A stretch of 64,000 nt of DNA, taken from assembly GCA_973895155.1 (NCBI GenBank), contig OZ316895.1, positions 6,564,136-6,628,135 on the forward strand. Direction: 5' to 3'. A program made the translations under genes and the position numbers. Origin of the DNA: Marsupella aquatica (lineage: Eukaryota > Plantae > Marchantiophyta). Under the pieces are notes generated by a model that did not search any database, was not told the origin of the DNA, and saw only the letters and a program-made list of their open reading frames with translations. The stretch's first letter is position 1, and every line of letters begins with the position of its first letter. Shown here piece after piece: positions 24,060-38,000 of the stretch.

Positions 24060-27000
24060 ATGGAAAGAGCAAAAGGTGCCATACCTGGAGACAGAACCCC
24101 TAAAAGGCAAGATACTCAATAAGAGGATTCAAAACAAATCAAGGGAAGACTGAAAAACAGTCCCCAACTAAGGCTAAACAACAAAGACAATGATTAGACC
24201 CTACTATATAAGCAACAATGAAACTGAAAAGTCTGGTATACCTCTGAATGATTTGCTTGGATAGTAGTACCCATAAGTTTGTTTACATGTGATCTAGGGG
24301 GCATCGATCTGAAGCACGGATGGATTGTCTGGCACGTTGTCTGTGAAGCTTGGACGGACTGACAAGTCTAAGATAGATTGTCTCGTAGTGCTGAAATGGA
24401 CTCAGATAACACCTTTTAACTTTTTGACTCCAATGTGACCTTTAAACAGTCTCTCGACCATTTGCAGCAGTTTCAAAGAGATTATTGTTCTCAGATCAGT
24501 TGCCAGGTGCTAGATTCTATCCAAAACCCCCTTTCATTTTCTGTATACACTGGTTGATGAATTCACACAGGTCATGGGATGGGTAGGAAGGGATGAGGTC
24601 TCGGCCATCAGAGTTTTTGGGCTTGATCAAAAGGATATATATAATTACATGGAAATTTGAATTTTACTCCGCGTGAACTCCATGGATGGGGACCTAAAGA
24701 GGGCAGAATAGTACATAAAGTTCCTATCGTGACCCCTGGAGTATTAAATGCCCAAATCAATGGGAAAAGAAGTGAACTAGAGAAGTCTAAGAGAGAACTT
24801 CATGTTCCTTAGATACCCAGAAATCATAGAAAACGGTGAGTCTGGGATACCAGATAGCAAAACAGGTATGGGAGCAAGTGAAATAGATCAGTGAGGGGCA
24901 CCTCTTTTCTGCTAGAACTATCAGTACTCTACAAGTTATATAGCACAGGTGTACGATACCCATTTAGAACCAAAGTGTGTCTACCTCATTCTAATGATGC
25001 TCCTGGACTTGATTCAAAAGGTCACAATCAGTAGTATGTGTTCCCTCCAAAACAACAATAAGCTTCTCATATTGCTCCTCAAAATCCTAGTCCTTTCTCC
25101 TTCTAGCAGGGCAGTGGCGCCAACAAGTAGTGAGTGTTTTTGATTGGAACCGGGGCGGGATCCAGAGGTGGCAGCCACTGCAGTCAAATGGTCCAAAGCC
25201 TCAGAGACGATAGAGTCAGATCTGATCACAATTTATCCTGTTTTTTTTGTTAAGTTAAAAGTTTGCCCATTCCGAGCAAGCCAAATACTCCACAGTATCT
25301 GATCATATATCATGGAGACACAAAGCGTGCTTATTGAAGTTTTCTATCTGCAGGACAACATTAGCTTGAGTAGCCCCAAATCTCGGCTGATAATCTCACT
25401 CCAACAGTAAAGTGCATATCTGCATTGAAAGCAAAGGGGGGGTTTCTCAACCACCCCAAAGCACAGCACATAGAGGCCACTAGACTTCACAATTTTGAGA
25501 GCTTTGGAACCAGGAAAGAGTTCTTGTGCTACAATCCTACAAATATATGAAGGTCTTGGCCGAGAGGACAGATCGGAGGTCCACAAGGCCTTCCGGATTC
25601 CTCTCCATTCCAGCTCAGTCAATGGTTCGCCTCAGATTCTGTTCCGTTTATCTAAATCTGAACCCTTAGTTCTCAGCATCTCATATACACGGTGATTAGG
25701 TAGTCCAAATTAAAGGATCTAGGTTGAGAATCAGTGTCAAGCGCTAGCCACTGCCATAGCTGGAGAGTCCAATTGATTCCCACATGATTAGGTAGATCTT
25801 TGTATTCCTGCTTGTATTGCATGAAAAAACCCATGGAATTGTCCAGGTCAGTCCCTGCGAGTCCCAGCAAGCACTGCATTTTCCGTGTCATATTCTTCCA
25901 CTCACTGTCTATCATTGACCAGATTGAAGTCACTCACCTTGCAGATTCCCAGTTTGCCACAAACCTTCACAATATCTCCTCTACAATTTCAGATTAGTCA
26001 TAAAAATTGTAAAAGCAAAGAAAAAGGGCCTCCACACCCCAATGCCCTGGGATGGCACCAGGGATGGCACTGTCAGTATCGGAACAGCAAATCAGGTTTT
26101 CTCTCACATGTTCCCAGGCTTTCCAGATCTGTCCCGTGTATGAAATTTTGCCGAAGGACTGAGGTACTGAGCACAAAAAGAGCTTATTCTTCATTGAGTA
26201 CTGATTCCTGCAGACAGTCCTAACTATTTCTCCATGCTCGTCTCCATGTTGTCATCTTCAAATTCTCAGCACGCAATGGGATACATTTATTAAAATGCTG
26301 ATCAATCAGGCATTTTTGTATTGGGGGGCTCTACCAATGTGCATGATTGATCACCATTCCAATGTTTTGCTTGGATCATGTATACTACTAGGATAAGCAT
26401 ACATTTCAATTTGAGCTTATTAAAGGAGTCATAAGCTCCAAATGGGATGCCTTGGGAGACTAGTGATAAACTTGGATGGGATACCCAAATCCTCCTTTGT
26501 ATGAAAGTCAAGTTGTCCCATTATAATTCTGTGTCGTCCTAGTTAAACTATACATTGGAAGTGAGACCCTTAAGGGCTTCATTGAGGACTGGTGGTCTTA
26601 GACAATCTGGATTGTGTTCAGCATATGATGTATAATTCTGTGTTGTCTTAGTTAAACTCTAGTACATATATGGAAGTGAGACCCTCGAGGGTTTCATTGA
26701 GGACTGGTGGTATTAGACAATCTGGATTGTGTTCAGCATGTGATTTTTTACATGTACTTTTATTAACCTTATGCACTATCACAAGCACCCTTTTGGCATG
26801 CTCTCTGATGCGCCTTTGGACTAGGTTTGGGCTTGTCTTTAATTTGAAGTTTTGTTTAAATTTATAGCCTTCATTTTTAGATAACCCCAATGCAATGCCT
26901 GACAAATTGAAACAATAATTTTGACATGACAATGCCCTACCTAGGTCACTATGGTATAGCAAATAAGGGGGACCCCCAATTTAGTCAGATTGAGGGATTC

Positions 27001-27700
27001 CAGCCTAGGACTGAGAACCTGGCAGGGTACATCAACAGCACCACTAGATCTCATCGTTGTGGGTATCAAGTGTGCTGAGTGTCAAGTGGCGGGACTAGAG
27101 CAGAAAGTTTTCTCTTTGCATCTCTTATACATATTTCACAGTTCAATTGGTGGGACCAGAGTTGAGAGTCATATTATTGTATCTGTCTTACATATATCAC
27201 ACTGGATCCAAAGAGGCAGGAGACCTGATAAAGGGAGAAAACCCAGCGGTCCCCAAACAGAACTAAAAGCCCTAGTGACCAACAAAGTAAACAGCGTGAC
27301 AAAGCTGTGGAGTAAACCCAGTAGGAGGGTCTTCTCATCTTCTGCTTGGGAGCGTGAGCAGGTGGGAGTAGAGTTGGGAGACGTGGGTTCTTGGACTAAT
27401 AGCAGACCAGCAGGCAGCATAGACTGTGGACCTTTCCTGTCCTATCCAGTTTATTTTCTTGAGTTCTAAAGCAGGTAACAGAAGAGGGCATCCAAGAGTT
27501 GGTGATGGTGCAACTCGTGTGCGACTCGGAGGGGAGGGGAGGGGAGGGGAGGGGAGGGGAGGAGACTGTTTATGGTCGCAACTATAAAAGTAGTTCGTGT
27601 GCTACGAGAGAGGGTGAGGGGAGGGGCGGAGAATTTGAGTGGTTCTGTTTTTGTGAGACTGTTTATGGTCGCAACTGTAAAAGTAGTTCTAACAAGGCAG
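24060..27700 (-). mobile_element. Degenerate L1-type LINE remnant (boundaries approximate)
   Basis: The minus strand at ~25255-25320 reads SMIYDQILWSIWLARNGQTFN, the L1 ORF2 W-x-I-W-x-x-R-N hallmark. It is preceded by a decayed zf-RVT (VLCFGVVEKPPLCFQCRYALYCW). Many stops, an internal ~110-bp tandem duplication (26522-26744) and (GGGGA)n at 27531-27562. Confidence 0.6.
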
Positions 27701-28931
27701 GGCTGGGCAAGCTTATGAGGGTTTGCGTTTAATAGACTTATCGCACTATCAAAGTGATACCAAGTACTTTGTATGGCCAGACTCAGTCAGGAACAACGGG
27801 TCGTAGACTGAGTAACAGTTGACAATTCTGCAAAGACGTTACTGCATGTCAACTGAAATCTCGCCTACAGTACCCCGGACTTGGACACCCCCTTGGCAAA
27901 TCTGCCTACAATAGAAAGTTCCTAGACCAAACCTCGAACTAGGTGGATCACTGGTGTATCATCTCAACGGCCCAGCGAGGAGTCCACTCGAATAGATGAA
28001 AATTTTAGTGGGTAATACTCGTATAAAGTTCCAGCATTGCAATATTATTGGAAAACGAGAGAAGACTTGCAAGCGATATCACTGCCCATGATTTTTGGGT
28101 TGAGAGCCAGAAGCTTTCGCAGCAAACTACTACGAAGGGACCATCGAAGGTTTGTCTGCCCACAATCACGAAGAACGCATGAACCACTTGCACATTTACA
28201 GTCTGACTTCCACCAAAATGCATTAATGCATCTCATAAAATCTTTATTCTTGCAGGCAACAGCTGAGCAATTTAACAAGCCAGCGGCAGTTGCAATGCAA
28301 ACCCAACTTTGTCACCACGTTGAATCTTTTGAGGATGGAAAGTTTCTTGTTTGTGGGGATGCATAGTTCCAGCCAGATAATACTTATTCTGGATTTTCTT
28401 TTAGTAGCAAAACCCACGAAGATCTTGCTCTCAAGTTGCAAACCTACTTGAACCGCCCCTAAGACCCAGCTCCCTATTTGTGTGCACTTGGACGGATGGT
28501 GAGACCCAGTCTGATGAAAGACATCACTCACAGGCTCCCGTTTATATGCCCTGACTAATACTCTCCATGTATTCACAAGAATTTAACCAGTCAATACATT
28601 TCTGTCCACTTGTCGTTGTCAAGAAATGGACATTCTTATCTACAACCAACCTGGAGGGCCGGCTCATTCGTAGTCACTTCAAGCATATAACCATGCTGAG
28701 CCTCTAAAAGATGTAAGGCGCATGTATGCACCAAGGGGGCACCTCTTGAGAGAATCTGGAAAGCCATCATCACCTGAAATAAGAGCACATTCAAGAATCT
28801 GAAGCAGATATCATTCGCTTCTCTCAGGCGGATGTCCTTCAGAACTAGTCAGCTTCGAAATGTCTTTCAGAACAATCTTGAAGATCCACAACTTTTATCG
28901 TCGGGCAAAACTAGCAATCTAAAGTCATACT

Positions 28932-31431
28932 CTACAAGTAAAACGGCCGGTTGACGTCAAATGCCTCGTTTCCTGTCAGCTGTGGTCTCTGTAAGATTCA
29001 GCACGACGCATGACAAAAATTAAAAAAACAGTTTGGCCCCAAACAAAATATACTAGGTTCTTCCCGATACCAACTTTCAGTAACACGTCGTTTCCTATTT
29101 AACTCTTTATAATTTGTATTTTATCGTCCACATTCATGACCTTCAGGCTAAGCCACAACTACTATTGATTGTAAGAATGCTCCTCTCATTTTATCGGTCA
29201 ATTCGCTTCTCATGTCTACAAAAATCATATAGACTTCTCATCTCGAGCAAGAAGCATTTGTCAAGAGTTATTCGAGCAGAACCAACCTGAGTCAATCCAC
29301 CAGCAGTACTGCCTCCACTTAGAAGCATGGTTACAAGTGATGTCAACGGCCCCCCCGGAAGCTGCGTGCCTTGATTTGCAGCTTGGATGGCCTGTCGCAT
29401 GTCATTCAGAAGACTAGCGTAGGTTACCGTTCCTCTACTCCTTTCCACAGCTTGGATAAAGCAGAACGTCATTGCTCCAGTGCTCGTCACCTTAGACAAT
29501 GACTGACATCACGACAGACAGTTTGAGCAAGTCAGAAATGAAGGACACTCAACCAGCCCATTGGGGTAAAAGTCACGAAGGTATGGGACTGTCTGTTACA
29601 AACTACCGTACTTACCTTCTAGGCCTGCTCATCTTTTCTCATGTCAGCCCATTTTCCAAATTGGGTCACTAAAAACAACAAAAGGTTTTGGGTTAGTGAC
29701 TTAACAATCTGACTCAAAATGAACAGGGCAAGCCATATACCGAAGTATCAGCAGAAGTCTGATCGTCGTCACAACCACTAAAGGAATATGCCTCTCCTCC
29801 ATTGGTTCCTTTGTAGGTTTGGTATGACCGCTGATCTTCCCATCGCCCATAACTGTAACATGTGACTGTGTCAGCAGCAAAGCCGCCAAAACGTCTAAAC
29901 GCCCAATCTCAGAATCTATGAAACTACAGCATAGATATAATGACAGCCCGAATGACAGCAAGAACTCAACACGAATTACACAGGACTTTGCAAAAGGAAG
30001 TCACATCCAGGGTGGCAAAGACAGTCTTACTCAATCCGATATAGCCAAGGCAAGTCCAGCACTGTACCGCTGTGACAAGCGTCAATAATTGCATGGAGTC
30101 TTACTCCTGGTGGTAATGGTCGCACAATTGCAGTATTTATCTCATCGTCCACAATCATTCCCTGTGTCTCAAAGTCAACAGGGCATATAGTTTCATCCAT
30201 ACCATCTACCTCATCCCCGATTAGATTTCGTTGCTGGGAGCCATGTCCCGAAAAATGAAATACAAGAGAGTCTCCCGGTCTACACCCTTGTACAAGCCAG
30301 AAAAGAGCCATTCGGATGTTCTGCTTTGTCGGTTTCTTTAGAGGATCTCTCTCCTCCTCTGCACAAGAAACCAAATGCCCTTCACAGATTAAGAATATTA
30401 CCGAGTCTGCAGATATGGCATACTGAGCTTTTCGAGAAAAAAAATCTATACAAGACCCAGTTGTTAGCAATGTCCTCATACAAGCACGATCAAGAGTTCC
30501 CACTTCGCCAGTATTTGGTCGTCTGGACCATGGGCAATTAGTGATTCACATGGCTTGAAAGACTAGAAAGTTATGAATAGCGATCTCGAGGCGTTGAGGT
30601 TGCGCTAGCGCTGCATCTCTCCCTAATGTAATCATAGCAATGATTTTTTCTCAATTGTCGTCTCCACTCTCCGTAAAAATTGAAACTCAATATGCACATA
30701 TGCTATTGAATCAGTTCACCACCTTGTAGCATAAGCTAACTCTACCCTATACTTCCCCTAAAGGAATCCTTGTCACACGAGAAAATGTTATAGGTAGGTC
30801 CGCCAGCAGACTCTTCGACAACACTGCATCTCTAAGAATCCGTCAATTCAAACGACTTTCAACGGAGCGAGACATCTCTAGCAACCGCTCCTGGCAAGGA
30901 ATTGTTTCTCAGGAGCCTAACCCGATTGTTACGTCGTCAGAATTCAATACCTCCATTCTGCTCTGTTGTACTGTGACGAAGGAGGGGAAACCAAATTTTC
31001 AACTATATAGAGACGAAATGGACTAGGTTCAACCATTTGAAGAAACTGGAAAATCAACCGTTTAGCAACATACCTGTCAACATAATAATCGATGCCTCCG
31101 GGAAATTGAACCTATTTTGCAGAAAGTACTGCATGCACTTGGCATCGTTGAGGCAACCTTTGAGCTCGTACTTCGAGTACTTATATTGAATTCCAACGAC
31201 CACAGCCTTTTTAGCACCACCCGGATGAGGGGGAGTAGGGGTGTACTGAATATGATTTTGGGGAGCAAAAGGAGGGGTTGGAGTCGGCTGACCAGGTGCA
31301 TAATTCGATGCCCCACGCTGCTGGTAAACTGATGTTACAGCTTGGCAGATAGCACAGCGGATGGCCGGTGCTCCGGGTGGAAGCTGCAACGGCGTCCTAC
31401 AGTTGCTGCAATTCATTAGCATCATCGCCAT
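28932..31431 (-). CDS. MC1: Type I metacaspase with LSD1-type zinc finger; 5 exons (31431-31074, 30358-30031, 29852-29741, 29502-29287, 28988-28932), 356 aa
   Basis: CSNCRTPLQLPPGAPAIRCAIC zinc finger and Pro-rich prodomain, LKGCLNDAKCM, catalytic FHFSGHG and IIDACHSGT, SGCDDDQTSADTS. All junctions are GT-AG and in frame (1071 nt). Confidence 0.96.
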
Positions 31432-32655
31432 GTCGAAACAAACCACACCTCAAGAAACACTCTCTTCTGCCCGACTTCATCCACAGTCCAAATCTCCTTT
31501 CCTGCTCCCCTTCAGCTCTGCAATCTACACTTCATGTACGCCTTGTCTCCTGCCTCACTCCAACCAAACTGACAACCCTCCAGAAAGACTGACTTCCGCC
31601 CAAATTTATTCACAATCCACACACCCTTTCCTACTTGCCTTCAGCCCCGCTGCAATCCACAATCCACAGCTCCTGTCCGCCTTGCCTCCAGCCCACTTCA
31701 ACCACAATCCACAACTCTTATCCGTCTCCCCTTGAATCCACACCCTTATGTCAAAAGTTGTCTTTGCCCAACTCAAATCCACCTCTCTTGTCCGAAGCCA
31801 CCGCAACAAGAGAGATCTCCACGAAGTTCAACCTGCCCTAATATTGAGACGAATTCCCGACATTCGGAAAGACCACAGCAGAGTAGTAACAGAACACACA
31901 AACACAGCCAGAATGCCACACAAGAGCTGTGATGGCTTATGAATTCCTCACGGCAAGCGTCTCGGATCACCCGTCCCAGGCAAACACCTTGGTCTGAATC
32001 ATCCAACCCAGTGACTCACCACCGTCTCGTAACTTTCCACAAATTCCAAGCTTAACCCTAGCCTTCCGTCACTGCCGTGGTCGGTTGCACCTCCAGCCTA
32101 TCCCTCGATTTCAAGTACCTCAGTGCACTGAACTCAGCTCGACCTCGGCCAGACAACCGAAATTCCCGCTACAAAACTGGCAGATCGAGGAGCTCGAGAA
32201 GCTTGAGAAACCGAAACGCAATCCGTGCACCGCTTGCGGAGCTGTCTCATCATCGAATCTCATGTCCATCTCTAGATAAGGATGGAAGCATACTATTCTT
32301 CTCGGACTGGCACGACGAAGATGGCGACGGTGGGAGCATCGCCAACACTAAGTAACGCGTCCTCTGCCTCGCCGCAACGCTGCATTACAATGGTCCAGTA
32401 TACACGAGAGCATGAGAGCTAGCACGGAAATTTCCTGTCACCGCATTTGCTTCTTCTCCAAGGTTGTTTCTGGACAATGTTATTATAGAGCTCTGTATGT
32501 ACAGTAAAGTAATTCGAAAGCCAGCCGAGCCTTGACCGGACTTGACCGGACTGGATCGGCCCGCACCGACCCACTGACCCGATCCACAATGTGACCCTAC
32601 AACTTACTGTTCATGTTGGAATCGTGTCTTCTAATCATCAGGTCGTCAGGTCTAG

Positions 32656-32790
32656 TACCCCTTGGTTATGTAAGCTTGATCTTATTTGACATTGGTTATG
32701 TAAGCTTGATCTTATTTGACATTCTTTATGTAAGCTTGATCTTATTTGACAATTCTGGTGAGGTACCCCTTGGCTATCTAAGCTTCATCC
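32656..32790. repeat. 30-bp tandem repeat x3 plus a related motif
   Basis: TTATGTAAGCTTGATCTTATTTGACA x3. The related GTACCCCTTG..TAAGCTT.AT occurs at 32656, 32763 and 34011; the last two continue with CTAATCAACA. Confidence 0.85.
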
Positions 32791-35030
32791 TAATCAACAC
32801 GTTCAAGTTTGGACTTCCTACACCCATGTGTTGCACAGCGCAAGGAGGGCCAGCCCAAGGGAGTCGAACCAGTGGGGGCATTTATGGGGCAGCATGGGAA
32901 AGCACATGTGCTCCACGGGTGTCTATTTCCTCCATCAATGGTTAGGGAAAACAGCCAAACGAATCCAATGGTTGTGGATCTTTCCCATCGAGGAGCTTTA
33001 ATTTTTTTTTGTTTGCCTTGAAAACCTAAAGCAAGCCCATCTAACAGAAAATTGATATCCTGCTTTGGAGCATGCATTTCTATGTAGGGTAGTCACAAGG
33101 GGACAATACCCAGGGATCAAGGATCCAGACCAGGAGGGAGAGAGGATTAAACCAGAACCCAAAATGGGCTGAGGAGATAATCAATACTCCCACCACACAC
33201 ACACACATACCCTCCACACACCCTTATGTGTTGAGGAGCTTTTGTGTATGGGACGCAGAAACTCAGGATATAATATAATTGCAAAGGAACCAAAACTCCA
33301 AACGGGGATCCCAAAGGCCCCTCTAGCATCTTGTTGACTTCATAGTCTAGAAAGATCATCTTAAGACTTATCTGGGCCCTTATCACTGTGCATCGTAGTT
33401 TGTTCTTCTAACTCTTTGTTGAACGTGTTACAAGAACATGTGCAACGCCACACAGTAGAGCGTAGTGCTGCACATTTAGGAGCAGTTTCCCTCCGCTAGA
33501 AGTTTCTGTGTGGCTAAAGGAGTGGAATGTTTTGGTTTAATTGGAGCAAATGTTGGTGAGGGAGGGAGGGGAGGGAAGAACTTTGCATAGAAGGGCCTGT
33601 TTACACACCAGAGTGTAAGCATTTCAAATTGACCCAAGATCTGGACTCGATTAAAAAGGGGAGGGAGACAGGATTGCAAGGAACCATTGAAAAATGGTAA
33701 GGAAATCAAGAGGGTGGGAGTCAGAACACACAACAGTGCGATAGGGGCCCAGTTAAGTCTTAAACCACCACTGCCCATATAAAAGAAGAATTGTCCAAGA
33801 CTTCTCACTTTTTCACATTTCTCTCCTCTAGGGTGAGACTTTGCTCCACTCAAGAAAAAGGTGCTAAAAACGGTGAAACCTGGTGGATCCAGGTTTTGTC
33901 ATGGACAGTGGTACTAAAGATGATCTTGCTGGACTGTTAAGTCCACAAGATGCCAAAGGGGCCCTGTTAAGTGCAAACTTGCAACAAGTTCAAGTCACAA
34001 CTCAGGGTGAGTACCCCTTGATAATGTAAGCTTGATGCTAATCAACAAGTTGGAGTCACAAAGAGTTGCATATTGGAATTGGAACAGGTTTGAATATGGA
34101 GGTAAGATTAGATGGAGAAGGGATGAGCAGGGAGTTCTTATACAGGGAGACGGGTTATTGGAAACTAAATAATTTATGAGTCCTTGCTCGCTGCGTGCCA
34201 GTTCCTACCCAAAAACAGTGTGCAACGACAAGAAACTAGTACCCACTTTTGTCCAACAAGTTGTGGTATAGTGGTTGACCACTTGAGTGGGGAGGTGGTG
34301 TGCTTGTGTAGGCGCAATGTTTTTTACATAAACCCCAGTCATCCACAAGTGGGGTTTAGACAAAGCTTGTGACACACAGAAAAATGACAATATTCTGATT
34401 TTTGCAAGCAGCAGACAACCCAAACAGGTGACACAGAGTCTAAAATCCATTATTGACTTTCCAGGGACTTGTCTCAGTCTCTGAAAAGTACTAAATTTAT
34501 AGTATAGCAAGTAGCCAGTGTGGTGACTGTCCATTGCTTGCCTAAGAAGATAGAAGTGGACTAGACACTTCTGTCACCCAAGCATGTGGCAAAATTTCAA
34601 AAATAATAATCAAAACTTCTCTTTGCTAATCTCCTACTACCTAATCCCAAGGCCGGATTTGGCAAATTGCTGCCGATTAAAAAACATTGGGATGAAGGAT
34701 GCTAAATGAAGTGGGTTATAAGGTAGTTAGTATACATTCAATTTCATGAGAAACAAAAAGGAGATTATTCATAATAAGAGTCCGTGCAAAACATTCTCTT
34801 GGTACCTCTAGTACGTATATACAGTCCATGTAACCTTGGAGGTCTCACCACATTTTTAGTCCTCCGACCCCCAAAAAATTTCAAAATCAATTATTTTCAA
34901 TCCCCTATAAATTTGGAAGTTTTTTGGAATATTCCCAAAATTTGATTAAAAAGACCCTAATGTTCTTCCAATAAATTTCCAAAGTTTTTGCTTACAACTA
35001 AGGAAAATGACCCTATGCTTTGTTTCACAT

Positions 35031-38000
35031 TGTTGAGCATAGACGACATTTGTAACGGCAACCCCATGAACCATCCAATGCACAATAGTCGACACACAGA
35101 GATACGTGGTTCACCTCCACATGAGGCTACGTCCACGGGAACATTAGGGTTGTTCTGCACTCTAGGCCGACCGACCATACCAAGCATCCACAGCACAAGC
35201 TCTCCCTATCTCTCAACTAGCTCCGTAACAATGAGCCTAAGTTCCACCAGGGTCTGGCATCAGCCCTGGCTATATGCACAATAGCACTACCGCTAACATT
35301 AGCTAAGTCCTAACCCGAGTTAGACTAACTGTGGTTAGCTCATGAGTCACAAGACTAGAGCAATATCTAACAAACTCCCCCTTGACTCTTGTCTTGGGGA
35401 CTGGACCATATGGATTCCTCAGCGGGAAGTTCTGACAATCACCAAACCAGATATCCCCCTAAAAACCACAAGGGTTAACTAAGGGTTAACTAGAACTAAG
35501 CCGTAGCCTAACAGGAATGAGTAATCCATATACAAATAGTCACACATTGCTAAATAACTCTACTTGCACTACTCTAACTGCAAAACCTGCAAAGTAGCAC
35601 GGTGTCTTGAGAAACTCTCCAAAGGAATCACTTTGGTAAAAGCATCAGCAGGATTGAGCTTTCCATCAATCTTGACTAGCTCAAAAGTTTTATCAGACAC
35701 TGCTTGCCTGATAAAATGGTACCTGATATCAATGTGCTTCACTCTGCTATCCATCACCTGGTTAGCAGCCAAGTGAAGAGCACTTTGACTATCACAGTTT
35801 AGAGTCATTTTGCCATGCTCTAAACCCATCTCCGCGATCAACTTATCCAACCAAATTGCTTCCTTTGCTGCTTCTGCTGCAGCAACATACTCTGCTTCTG
35901 TAGTAGACTGAGATATGCACTTTTGCAAGGTAGATTTTCAACTGATACATCCTCCTCCAAGAGTGTATACAAACCTAGTTGTAGACCTCCTTGTATCCAG
36001 ACAGCCTCCATAGTCAGAATCTACATAGCCAACTAACGTTCTATTTGATCTGTTATCAAATAGTAATCCATAGTCTTGTGTTCCCTTCAGATGCCTGAGA
36101 ATCCATTTCACAGCTTCCCAGTGTACCTTCCCTGGATTTGACATGAATCTGCTGACCTTGCCCATCGCTAGGGCCAAGTCAGGCCTAGTACAAGTCATCA
36201 AATACATCAGACTGCCTACTGCCTTCTCATAAGGAATCTTAGCCATCAGACCTTTCTCCACAACATCCGTAGGAGAGAAAGCCGATGATAACTTAAAATG
36301 TGAAGCTAAAGGAATACTCACTAGCTTATAGTTCTCCATGTTGAATCGTGCAAGTACTTTCCTTGCATACTGGCCTTGACTCAAGCACAACTGTCCAGTC
36401 TCAGAGTTCCTAAAAATCTCCATCCCTAATCCTCTTGGCCTTACCAAGATCCTTCATCCTGAATTCAGCACTCAATTTTGCCTTGAGACTGTCAACCTCA
36501 GATTGATCTTTAGCCACAATCAACATGTCATCCACATAGATAACCATAATGATGAAACCAAACACATCATTCTTGACTGATTTTGTATACACACAAGGAT
36601 CATACACCATCCTTGTAAAATCTTGAGCAAGCATGAAATCATCAAACCGTTTGTTCCACTGTCTGGGAGACTGCTTCAATCCATACAAGGATTTGAGCAA
36701 TCTGCAAACTAAGTTCTCTTGGCCCTTCTTCATAAAGCCTAGTGGCTGTCTCATGAAGATCATCTCTTCCAAGTTGCCATAGAGAAAAGCAGTAACAACA
36801 TCCATCTGATCCATCACCAGACCAAAAAACACAACAAGCTAACACAAGATCCAAATTGTGGAATACTTAGCCACCGGTGAAAAGATCTCATTGTAATCCA
36901 CTCCTTTCTCCTGAGTGAATCCTTGGCAACAAGCCTTGCCTTGTAGATCTTGTCTCCACCCTCTAAAGGATTGTCCTTCAACTTGTAAATCCACTTGCTG
37001 TCCACCACTTGCTGACCTCTTGGAAGCTCCACTAGCTCCCATGTCTTGTTGTCACTCAAAGATTGCAACTCCCTCTGCATTGCTGCATTCCACTCATGCT
37101 TCTGCTCTGAAGCACAAGCCTCACTATACGAAGAAGGCTCTCCTTCTTCCAAGATCAAAGCCATGTCAACATCATCAGGTGCAATGTCAATATCATCTAA
37201 CTTAGATGAGTCTGCCCATTGACCATACCTGGTAGGAGCTCTAGTAGATCGACTGGAAGTTCTTCTAGTAGATGACTCAGGCTGATCTGCTGCTGCTACT
37301 GGTTGAATTTGAGGTACCCCAATAACAATCTGCTCCTCTTGTTCCATCACAGGAACCAGCTCCAACCCTGAAGCTTCTCCATCTCTCCTGTCATGAACAA
37401 CATCATGATTAATCTCCCCCTCAACCCGGTCCAGGATGGGATATTTCCCCTTGTCAGTATGGGAGTCCTGAGAACTCTCCCCTCCTTTGATGATCTGGAC
37501 TCATTAAAGGACACATCTCTACTGACAATTAGCTTACAGGTTACTGGATCCCATAACCTATAACCCTTCACACCTTTCTAATAGCCAAGGAAAATGCACT
37601 TCTTCGACTTGGACTCCAGCTTGGATCGAAGCTGGGAAGGTGTAAGCACATAAGCATCACATCCAAAAATCCTCAGATGTGAGTAATCTGCTGGACGTCG
37701 CCCGTACCTCATTTCAAATGGCGTCTTGAATCCAATAGAACTGGATGGAGAAAAATTTACCAAATAAGCTGCAATGTTGATAGCTTCAGCCCAAAACTTA
37801 TGTGGTAAGCATGATTGACTTAACATACTCCTCGAGCGGTCCAATAGTGTTCGGTTGAGTCTCTCAAAAATACCATTCTGTTGAGGAGTATAACTTGTTG
37901 TGAGATGGTGGGTAATCCTCTACTCCTTACAATACATTCCAAATTCCCCGGAACTGTATTCACCGCCGTTATGCGATCAAAGATATCTCACCTTATTACC

